Below are positions 36,890 to 44,322 of a DNA stretch of 64,000 nt, piece after piece; position 1 is the stretch's first letter; each line of letters starts with the position of its first letter. A model generated the notes under the pieces. It made no database searches. It had not been told where the DNA came from and saw only the letters and a program-made list of their open reading frames with translations. The position numbers and the translations under genes were made by a program. The stretch is from a virus (lineage: Duplodnaviria; Caudoviricetes), in the IMG/VR virus record IMGVR_UViG_3300020047_005740, positions 777 to 64,776 of that record; one strand, written 5' to 3'.

Positions 36890-38752
36890 ATGCCAGCAGC
36901 ACACTACACTAAACGAGATGCCTGTATAGACGCCGGATTCGATGTCCAGGGGGATATAGTCTGGGCCTATGGTAAATCCTTCCCACTGGCCGACCCGCTC
37001 TCCATACATCTAAAGACATACCGTGTACACGAATCCCACGACACGCGCTACATCGCCATGAAAGCAGCGTTTGACATCCTGTGGCCTAAGCAAATCCCTA
37101 CATACAACTACTGGATGGAACGCATGTTCCGAGAACACTGTAACCACGAGACCGAGGTATTCACCCTCGCTGCGGGGGGAGGTGTAGGAAAAACACAGGC
37201 CGCTTCATACATAGGGTCACTCTTCTGGCTCGCACTCCCACACAAACGTGCAGTCATCGTAACATCCACAACAATTGAATCACTCAAGTCCCGTATCTAC
37301 GGCTACATCCTGAGAGCACTTAAGGAGATGTCGGTACCTTTCCCACTGTCTATCCGTACGTCCCCTCCACCATCAATCTCCATCCAGCCACCTGACCACA
37401 TACACGGCATCTTTGGCATCGCAGCCAAGCAGGGGTCTGATGAGGACACTATCAAGGACATCATTGGAAGACATCCAAAGAATGCACTTCTCCTCATTCT
37501 TGACGAAGCCCCACACATGCCCGTCGCTATCATGAATGCAATGCCGAACCTGAAGAAAGGATTAGAAGACCGCTTCCAGGCAATCGCCATCGGTAACCCA
37601 GATTCAATAACCGACCTCCACGGAGCACTCTCCACTCCGAAAGTCGGATGGGAAAACATAAACCCTGCTAAGGATTTCCGTTGGGAGACAACCCAGCCAA
37701 ATGGTATCTGCCTGTATTTTAATCCCTATGACTCACCAGCCATACACGAGACAGACCCGATAAAAAAGAAAGCACTCTCCAGCTTCCTCATGACAGAAGA
37801 ATCCCTGATACGTGCGGAAAGAGAAGAAGGCACTGACTCCGAAGCCTTCTGGAGATTCACCATGGGATTCTGGAGAAACAAGTCTACCGACAAGACAATT
37901 GTATCGGAAGCGTTCCTCAAGGATTACGACCCTACAATGAACGCAGAATTCAGCGGCAAATACCCACTGCATGTAGTTGCTGGACTGGACCCAGCGTTTT
38001 CTACAGGAGGCGATAAATGTGTACTCCGCCTGGCAGTACTGGGACATCATGTCAATGGTTCAATGGTCCTAGACTTCAGGGGGGAGGCATTTGTATTCGT
38101 GCTTAAGATCCTCGCCAACACTGGGAAGTCTGCAGAGATCCAAATAGCAGATCAGGTAATCACTGTACTACAACACTACGGTGTGCCTCTTAACCATTTG
38201 TGTGTAGACGCATCGGGACAGGGGCGCGGTCTGGCTGATGTCATCCAGCTTAGATCTGGTACAGGGCTTACACCTACCAAGATATACAGCACTAACATTG
38301 GTACACGGAATACCAAATCCTTCGATGTCGTCATCTCATCAGCTCACGAGATGTGGTTTAAGGGACGTGAGTTTATATCCCACCGGCAAATATTCGGTCT
38401 TGACGCTCTCGCATACGGCCAGCTCCATACACGCCTGATTGAAGAGAAGGGTGGTAAGAAGCTGCTTGAAAAGAAAGACACATATAAGAAAAGAATGAAC
38501 AGCGTAAGCAGCCTGCTCGGTCGGTCGCCTGATGAGGCTGATGCTGCGATGCTTGCAGTCCAGTCAGCCGTAATACACCACGGGTTTTTCCCTGGACAAA
38601 CACGGGAAATCAAAACATACGGCAACGAGACGAGTCGAGATTTTGACCTTGCAGTGCAGGCATATAATCAACAGGTGAGTAAGAAGATTCCTTATATAAA
38701 GGGACACTATAACGGAAAGTTGTCAGACTTTATAAATCGGAAATTATTCTAA
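36890..38752 (+). CDS. terL: Terminase large subunit
   Basis: Walker A (AAGGGVGKT), Walker B (LLILDEAP), coupling IGNP, nuclease AGLDPA...GDKCV and RSPDEADA. Confidence 0.9.
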   Translation: MPAAHYTKRDACIDAGFDVQGDIVWAYGKSFPLADPLSIHLKTYRVHESHDTRYIAMKAAFDILWPKQIPTYNYWMERMFREHCNHETEVFTLAAGGGVGKTQAASYIGSLFWLALPHKRAVIVTSTTIESLKSRIYGYILRALKEMSVPFPLSIRTSPPPSISIQPPDHIHGIFGIAAKQGSDEDTIKDIIGRHPKNALLLILDEAPHMPVAIMNAMPNLKKGLEDRFQAIAIGNPDSITDLHGALSTPKVGWENINPAKDFRWETTQPNGICLYFNPYDSPAIHETDPIKKKALSSFLMTEESLIRAEREEGTDSEAFWRFTMGFWRNKSTDKTIVSEAFLKDYDPTMNAEFSGKYPLHVVAGLDPAFSTGGDKCVLRLAVLGHHVNGSMVLDFRGEAFVFVLKILANTGKSAEIQIADQVITVLQHYGVPLNHLCVDASGQGRGLADVIQLRSGTGLTPTKIYSTNIGTRNTKSFDVVISSAHEMWFKGREFISHRQIFGLDALAYGQLHTRLIEEKGGKKLLEKKDTYKKRMNSVSSLLGRSPDEADAAMLAVQSAVIHHGFFPGQTREIKTYGNETSRDFDLAVQAYNQQVSKKIPYIKGHYNGKLSDFINRKLF

Positions 38753-39037
38753 TACCTCATACACCTTAGAGCTGGCTGACGATGAACCATAGGCCAGCTT
38801 CTTAACTTTCCTGCGTGTCTCGATAAGTTTGGTAACTGTGGTCGAGAGCATACAAAGACCTACGATAGAGTGGACGCTCGGTAATGCAGCGTTACACAAC
38901 TCCAGGTGATTGTTAAGGATGTTAAGGTCGCTCTCAGTGGTGACCTTATCAGTGTCACTTTCTGTTATCGCTACGAACGGGCGCAGTGTGAGTTGCTTTG
39001 TGGTGTCATGGAGGACTTCTGGGTCTTTGGTAGCCAT
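38744..39037 (-). CDS. Hypothetical protein (small terminase candidate, unproven)
   Basis: 97 aa, convergent with terL, AGGAGG-like RBS; no diagnostic motif. Confidence 0.45.
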   Translation of the reverse strand: MATKDPEVLHDTTKQLTLRPFVAITESDTDKVTTESDLNILNNHLELCNAALPSVHSIVGLCMLSTTVTKLIETRRKVKKLAYGSSSASSKVYEVLE

Positions 39038-39391
39038 ATACCACAGTATAAAAGAATACCTGATTTTATAAAAGAGGGAGGTACCGCTACCTGGTAGGGG
39101 GCCGGGGCTTTCGCGAGCGCAACCGTACCCACTCCCACAAAAAAGAGAGTTCCCATTTTTACCACAATCCCCGCTCCTACCACACGAACCACTGCCGAAA
39201 ATCCTTGTTCACTAGAAATATAATTCTCGTGAAGTAACTAACGTGGTGCTGAAGCGGTACAAGTGACGCGACTTGTTCGACTGGTGAAGCTGATCGCGAT
39301 CATGGGCGCGGTCAATCATCTGCTTGCAGTGTATATAAGGAAGCGAACCGAAAAAATTTTCGGTGCATCCGATAAAGTGTTAAGTAATTGG

Positions 39392-39420
39392 TTGACAGTG
39401 ACGATGTTAGTGATTAGAAT
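39392..39420 (+). promoter_or_regulatory. Sigma70-type early promoter
   Basis: TTGACA-N17-TAGAAT directly upstream of the small-gene cluster. Confidence 0.8.
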
Positions 39421-39466
39421 CTGATTGTGGGGATAATCCCACAACGAAAACAAAGGAATAAACACA

Positions 39467-39658
39467 ATGGACACAATTAAAGCTAAATGGGACGCCATCG
39501 TATCCAACTGGACACAAGGGAATAGAAAAGACGCAGCCAGAGAGTTAAAATCTATCATCATACATAGATGGTATGTATTGGAACACGCATTGCACAACGA
39601 TGCGCGCACTCTTACAGAGATCATACACTTTATAAATTCTACTTGTGGAAAAATTTAA
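39467..39658 (+). CDS. Early hypothetical protein
   Basis: 63 aa, AAAGGA RBS. Confidence 0.6.
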   Translation: MDTIKAKWDAIVSNWTQGNRKDAARELKSIIIHRWYVLEHALHNDARTLTEIIHFINSTCGKI

Positions 39659-39717
39659 TATGTTCCGAGTATTCTTCTATACCGCATTCGCAATACTTTT
39701 ATACATAACGGCAAAAT

Positions 39718-39837
39718 ATGACTAAAAAAATTGATTCTAAAACACTTGCTCGCGCTCTCTTACTGAAACTACGCGCGTCGATGGTAGTACAGAAAGACAG
39801 AGAGTTGATTAAGAAACATTTAACGAAAGGTAAGTAA
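39718..39837 (+). CDS. Small early protein
   Basis: Own translation MTKKIDSKTLARALLLKLRASMVVQKDRELIKKHLTKGK. Confidence 0.45.
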   Translation: MTKKIDSKTLARALLLKLRASMVVQKDRELIKKHLTKGK

Positions 39838-39839
39838 CA

Positions 39840-40079
39840 ATGCTATACATAAGAGAATCGATTATGAATGAATTAGTATCGGCAGACCCGCCAATATTTG
39901 ATTATCCTATTTATGAAAGAATCAAGGCAGATGCTACTCTCGATCAATTATGGACCCTATTTAAATGGATAATGCAAGGTAATAAATATACTGTTACCGG
40001 AATATCGACGGATCATATATCACTCTCATATGCGGGCATGTACGTAGCAGTACTTCCTGACGGTAGTACGCACACATAA
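39840..40079 (+). CDS. Early hypothetical protein
   Basis: ORF track; start uncertain. Confidence 0.5.
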   Translation: MLYIRESIMNELVSADPPIFDYPIYERIKADATLDQLWTLFKWIMQGNKYTVTGISTDHISLSYAGMYVAVLPDGSTHT

Positions 40080-40145
40080 GGAAAAATCCTGATAACCCTT
40101 CAATGAGGGGTTATTGTGGTTTTACTTAAAACAAAGGGAAGCACA

Positions 40146-40736
40146 ATGAGAACAGAAACGATAGAAAGACCTATATATAAATTCGAGGAGCTATCCGATA
40201 GAGCAAAAGAGATCGCAATACAATCAATTGCACCATGGGATGCTTTTAATCCTGATGAGTACTCCGATTGCTTTATTGATACGTCCGCGAACGGTATCAA
40301 GTCATGGTCCATGGGATACTGGAATACGAATCCAATTGAGGCACGATTCAGCAGATGCGATCTCGATTATGATTATCTCATTGCCAACATGAGCGAATCA
40401 CTTAGAGAACAGAGGAACCTGTACCGTATTGCTAATCATGCCTACTACTCATACCAATGGGGAATGGACCATTTATTCTATACTGAAACCAATAGGAACT
40501 ACCGCAACACTCGATTAGACATATGCGCCGAATCACCTTGCCGTGATAGGTCAAAACGTATCGATTCACTAGTTGAGAAGTACAGGGAGAAACTAGAATC
40601 CCACCTGAGAGACTGCGAGCATACCGTAGCAAAGGCAATCAATGCGGATTACGAATATCAATGCAGTGAAGAGAACGTACGGGACTTATGCGAGTGTAAC
40701 GGGTACGAATTCACTGAAGACGGAGAATTAGTTTAA
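40146..40736 (+). CDS. Conserved mobile-element early protein (YKFEELSD...YEFTEDG family)
   Basis: N-terminal IYKFEELSDRAKEIA and C-terminal EYQCSEE...NGYEFTEDG match a phage/plasmid family I recall being labelled antitoxin-like; function unverified. Confidence 0.6.
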   Translation: MRTETIERPIYKFEELSDRAKEIAIQSIAPWDAFNPDEYSDCFIDTSANGIKSWSMGYWNTNPIEARFSRCDLDYDYLIANMSESLREQRNLYRIANHAYYSYQWGMDHLFYTETNRNYRNTRLDICAESPCRDRSKRIDSLVEKYREKLESHLRDCEHTVAKAINADYEYQCSEENVRDLCECNGYEFTEDGELV

Positions 40737-40737
40737 C

Positions 40738-40804
40738 GCCATTGTGGGCACTATAACCTAGTGCCTACATTGGTTTAAATTACTTAAACCATTTAAAACA
40801 AGGA
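40738..40804 (+). repeat. Structured intergenic repeat, copy 1
   Basis: GCCATTGTGGGCACT-loop-AGTGCCTACATTGGTTTAA...TAAACCATTTAAAACAAGGA; near-identical to 41191-41255. Confidence 0.85.
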
Positions 40805-40812
40805 ATGAAAAC

Positions 40813-41184
40813 ATGGGAAACGCTGGAATAGACTACGGATTAGGCAAAACGAATATCGATCTTGAGACTGGTATCAGATACGGAGTGATTGCGCTCAACA
40901 ATTGCAATCCTGATTGGTTAAATGAATTCGAGCCCTACTATGGAGAAGAATCAATAGAACTCGATGATTATGCCGAGCCTATATCATGGTCTTATGACAG
41001 AGACGGTATAAAAGCCGAGTATAGTGCGGATGGATCATGGTTATTCGTTTTCAAATCACCTGTAGTTGTACGCTGTAACTATTGCTCGCCTTGCGTACCA
41101 GGAGCCGGTGACCTTGATAATCCGAACCCTGAAGGTATCGAGGCATATGGATTGCCGAATGATTGTCTATGGTCCGAGGAATAG
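40813..41184 (+). CDS. Early hypothetical protein
   Basis: 123 aa, acidic, with CxxCxxC near the C-terminus. Confidence 0.65.
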   Translation: MGNAGIDYGLGKTNIDLETGIRYGVIALNNCNPDWLNEFEPYYGEESIELDDYAEPISWSYDRDGIKAEYSADGSWLFVFKSPVVVRCNYCSPCVPGAGDLDNPNPEGIEAYGLPNDCLWSEE

Positions 41185-41190
41185 GTTGAT

Positions 41191-41255
41191 GCCATTGTGG
41201 GCACTGATCGCAGTGCCTACATTGGTTTAACTTATAAACCATTTAAAACAAAGGG
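41191..41255 (+). repeat. Structured intergenic repeat, copy 2
   Basis: Same stems as 40738-40804 with different loop sequences. Confidence 0.85.
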
Positions 41256-41264
41256 AAACACACT

Positions 41265-41873
41265 ATGGAAGCGGTAATACATACCTTTCACGGATTTTAT
41301 AACTCAATACATGATTCAGTCTTAGACAATGCACTAGAATCATTATGCGAGAGTAACCCAAAACTACGCGAACACTTATTTGATGCTCTCAATTGGCAGT
41401 CTATACATACCGAGTACGCTTCAAAATATGTGGACGCATATAATGACCTATTAAATATTGATTCTAAATTCATTCGGCTTATATCGCCTAAATACTATAA
41501 CTATGAAACCGATAGAATTCTGATTGACGTACCCTTTGAAACCATCGAACGAATATTTAAAACTGTAGACCGTAAAATATTAGAGGACACTATAAAATCT
41601 CAGTACACATCCTGCAGTGGTTTCAGTTCGTTCTATTCGAATAATATTAATAAATGGCTGAATAAACCATTGGAAGAATGGGACTGCAACGAAGTAGGAA
41701 CACTCCTCTATGCCTACAGTACGGACGAAATAGGTCCGATAGGCGCAAAAGATATAGAGTATAAGTTAATCGATTCAATGGACGATAGTGCCTACCGGAT
41801 AGTAGGCGAGGCTGTGCCTAACAGACTCAGAAAAATTGCATACTATTTATATGAACGTGAGCAACGAAAATAA
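41265..41873 (+). CDS. Early hypothetical protein
   Basis: 202 aa; FHGFYNS...SPKYYNYETDRI pattern recurrent in phage early proteins. Confidence 0.65.
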   Translation: MEAVIHTFHGFYNSIHDSVLDNALESLCESNPKLREHLFDALNWQSIHTEYASKYVDAYNDLLNIDSKFIRLISPKYYNYETDRILIDVPFETIERIFKTVDRKILEDTIKSQYTSCSGFSSFYSNNINKWLNKPLEEWDCNEVGTLLYAYSTDEIGPIGAKDIEYKLIDSMDDSAYRIVGEAVPNRLRKIAYYLYEREQRK

Positions 41874-41963
41874 TGTAAACCTTTTGATTGACAGCATCCT
41901 CTTAATATGAGAGGATGCGATCAACCGATGGATACTCCACCGGCCAAACAAAGGGAAAACAAT

Positions 41964-42248
41964 ATGAAAACAATAGAAGACGCAAAACAACGGAACGAAG
42001 AGACGGGACACTACTTTTTTTCACCTGATACTATGAGGTTTTTTAGGTCACAGGTAGAGACATCACTACTCAAAGGTAACTACTTCGTAACCTCTGAACT
42101 TGCTCCGTACGACAAGAAACGAAAATACACGTTACGAGAAATTGATTGGGATAGTGGCGACATCAACACAATCGGAAAATTCTATTCTCATGATTCTGTT
42201 GACGATGCAGAGGAAGCACTAAACGAATATTTGAAAAGGGCAGCATAA
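41964..42248 (+). CDS. Early hypothetical protein
   Basis: GHYFFSPDTMRFF motif; start moved to ATG 41964 (AAAGGGA RBS). Confidence 0.65.
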   Translation: MKTIEDAKQRNEETGHYFFSPDTMRFFRSQVETSLLKGNYFVTSELAPYDKKRKYTLREIDWDSGDINTIGKFYSHDSVDDAEEALNEYLKRAA

Positions 42249-42529
42249 TGAAACATCCATTCAACACACCACAAGCATCGAGGGTTAAACCATTGGGAGC
42301 AAATCAAACTGAAGTAGTACACGGCTCAGGAATGATTGTCTTGTACTCGTATGAGACTCCTGTATGTGTGAGGCATCACGGAGAGGAGTACTACACTACC
42401 GCGAAATACTCCCGTACAACGTCTAAGCATATTAATGCTTGGAAGTCTGAAGACGCTAAACCAGTGACTCAACAAGAATTGGAAGCAATTCTTGCTTACG
42501 GGGTTACTGCTACCGCGTCACTTCACTAA
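42248..42529 (+). CDS. Early hypothetical protein
   Basis: LYSYETPV...YSRTTSKHIN motif, common phage family. Confidence 0.65.
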   Translation: MKHPFNTPQASRVKPLGANQTEVVHGSGMIVLYSYETPVCVRHHGEEYYTTAKYSRTTSKHINAWKSEDAKPVTQQELEAILAYGVTATASLH

Positions 42530-42537
42530 CCTGAATC

Positions 42538-42561
42538 GACCGCCTAAACCATTGGGCGGTC
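42538..42561 (+). terminator. Hairpin with AAACCATT loop
   Basis: GACCGCCT-AAACCATT-GGGCGGTC followed by CTTTG. Confidence 0.5.
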
Positions 42562-42664
42562 CTTTGAGGTAGGTTCCTTTGTTACCCTAACTCAGTCCTT
42601 TCCCCGTGAGGACACTTATCATTCGATAAGACACGGGGGTTATAAACGTACTTATGAGGTTATT

Positions 42665-42997
42665 ATGAAACAACTACTATTCCTTTCTTCAATTCTTTTG
42701 CTCTCCGGCTGTGGTGCAGTCATGACCACGGGAGATCATGCTTCCCTATCAGGCTCACCAGAAGGGATCAGGGCAATGCTTGACGGTATGAATGGTCTGG
42801 TCTCAACAGGCAAGGCATCACCTGACCGAACAACCGATTACGCAATCATGCGCGGAGAGCATGAGCGCGAACGAACGAAACGCGCCATGACTCCGGGTTT
42901 CTTACAAGGAATCTTCCAGCGTAACGGCGCATCCAATACCACTAATGTGGATATGTCAGCACCCCAAACCATCAGGGAAACTGACTTTATTAAGTAG
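42665..42997 (+). CDS. Predicted lipoprotein
   Basis: MKQLLFLSSILLLSG|C lipobox. Confidence 0.7.
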   Translation: MKQLLFLSSILLLSGCGAVMTTGDHASLSGSPEGIRAMLDGMNGLVSTGKASPDRTTDYAIMRGEHERERTKRAMTPGFLQGIFQRNGASNTTNVDMSAPQTIRETDFIK

Positions 42998-43039
42998 TAA
43001 TGCACTGCTGTAAAACAAACTGTAAACAAGGAAACCTAT

Positions 43040-43144
43040 ATGCATGAATTAGTTAAGTACTTCCTCTACGGATCATCTTTTTATTTCATTGTGTATGTAC
43101 TGAGTAACTTTCCAGCTATGTGGGTGTCACTAATATGCCAATAA
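43040..43144 (+). CDS. Small hydrophobic peptide
   Basis: 34-aa own translation, hydrophobic, AAGGA RBS. Confidence 0.35.
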   Translation: MHELVKYFLYGSSFYFIVYVLSNFPAMWVSLICQ

Positions 43145-43248
43145 TCATTGCTTTTATAATGGTGTTTGGCTTTGTGTTCGGGGTTATCGACAATTCAGAA
43201 GGAGTTAACACTTCTCCCAATTGCTCAATATTCACCGACTGTGACTAA
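43135..43248 (+). CDS. Small hydrophobic peptide
   Basis: MPIIIAFIMVFGFVFGVIDNSEGVNTSPNCSIFTDCD, own translation. Confidence 0.35.
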   Translation: MPIIIAFIMVFGFVFGVIDNSEGVNTSPNCSIFTDCD

Positions 43249-43270
43249 CTAAAAACATGGGACAAGGAGA

Positions 43271-43370
43271 TTCACCAGTGAAACCATTTGCTGACATCTC
43301 CTTGTCCCCTTCAGTTTCACCAGTGAAACCATTTGCTGACATCTCCTTGTCCCCTTCAGGTTCACCAGTG
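43271..43370 (+). repeat. 45-bp tandem duplication (2 copies plus partial)
   Basis: TTCACCAGTGAAACCATTTGCTGACATCTCCTTGTCCCCTTCAG(T/G) x2, then TTCACCAGTG. Confidence 0.9.
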
Positions 43371-43406
43371 GAACCGACTCTCACCACAGGTTCACCATTG
43401 AAAACA

Positions 43407-43934
43407 ATGAAACCACTAAAATCACTCCTATCCCTCCTAATTCTAGCCTCTACAAGCCACGCCAAGCCCCTCGAATTGATTACCCCTAGGCTTACCTATC
43501 AACAGAGATTGGACCACGCTATAAAGTATCATGCCGCCAAGGAGGAAGTGAAAGAGAGCTTTATCAGAGCTTGGGTAATGCGTGAATCGTCGGGGCTCGA
43601 CAACGCTACGAGATATGAACCTCACGTAGCAAAGCAACGGGAAACCATCGACCGATACTTAACACCTTCACAGCGCAGTGCTATGGCCTCGTCACACGGT
43701 CCGTTACAGGTTATGGGATACAACGCCAAAGCTTGCGGCCTACGTATAGCAGACCTATACGACCCTTATAAAGGGATAGGCTGTGGTATCTACCATCTCA
43801 AGGCTTGGATGAGGCTACATCCTAGGGATGGTGAGCGACTGCTCAAAGGTCTAGCGAACTATAACGGCGGGTATAAGGGGCATACATCCGACCGACCCCT
43901 ATCCTATGCCAAGCAAATCTATACCCATTACTAA
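43407..43934 (+). CDS. Lytic transglycosylase (SLT-like) with Sec signal peptide
   Basis: MKPLKSLLSLLILASTSHA signal; RESSG, SHGPLQVMG and NYNGG motifs. The longer ORF-track start only adds the tandem repeat. Confidence 0.75.
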   Translation: MKPLKSLLSLLILASTSHAKPLELITPRLTYQQRLDHAIKYHAAKEEVKESFIRAWVMRESSGLDNATRYEPHVAKQRETIDRYLTPSQRSAMASSHGPLQVMGYNAKACGLRIADLYDPYKGIGCGIYHLKAWMRLHPRDGERLLKGLANYNGGYKGHTSDRPLSYAKQIYTHY

Positions 43935-44021
43935 ACCGGAACCCAGATTCACCGTTGCTACTGCTTCCCTCTGCTGTTCCTGAGTATTTCCCCCATCTCT
44001 TATATATTAACTTTGAGTTAT

Positions 44022-44318
44022 CCTTGTACCCTTGTACTCCCTTGTATTTCCCTTGTACGCTAAATCGTACAATGCAACTTAGCTCTTAACATATTGAAAT
44101 GACGATTCTAAAATTACTATAATACATATATATATATGTGTGTACTATATATAGTAAGCCTCTATCTTTTTTATAATATAAAAGCAGGTCTTCCGCCGGG
44201 GGGTCGGCCCTCCGACCACTTTCTGGTACAAGGGTACAAGGGAATCTGATTCGTTAATCTAATCAGGAACTTAACCCCGGTACAAGGGAAATACAAGGGA
44301 AGTACAAGCGGTACAAGG
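44022..44318. other. Replication origin candidate: iterons in inverted blocks around an AT-rich palindromic core
   Basis: Four CCTTGTA(C/T) copies on the left, six (G/A)TACAAG copies on the right, AT palindromes at 44124-44139 and 44143-44156; abuts the primase-helicase stop. Confidence 0.7.
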
Positions 44319-44322
44319 CAAT

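Noticed and set aside
3361-38625. Numerous 60-180 aa ORFs antisense or frame-shifted within long genes (e.g. 3640-3984, 15821-16351, 24326-24865, 37303-37659)
   Set aside because: Shadow ORFs of real genes: low-complexity Ser/Leu/Ala translations, no RBS, no motifs.
43271-43370. Possible mini-CRISPR array
   Set aside because: Repeats are directly adjacent with no unique spacers; it is a simple tandem duplication.
43257-43406. N-terminal repeat extension of the SLT protein (ORF-track start 43257)
   Set aside because: The extension is only the translated 45-bp repeat; ATG 43407 gives a clean signal peptide.
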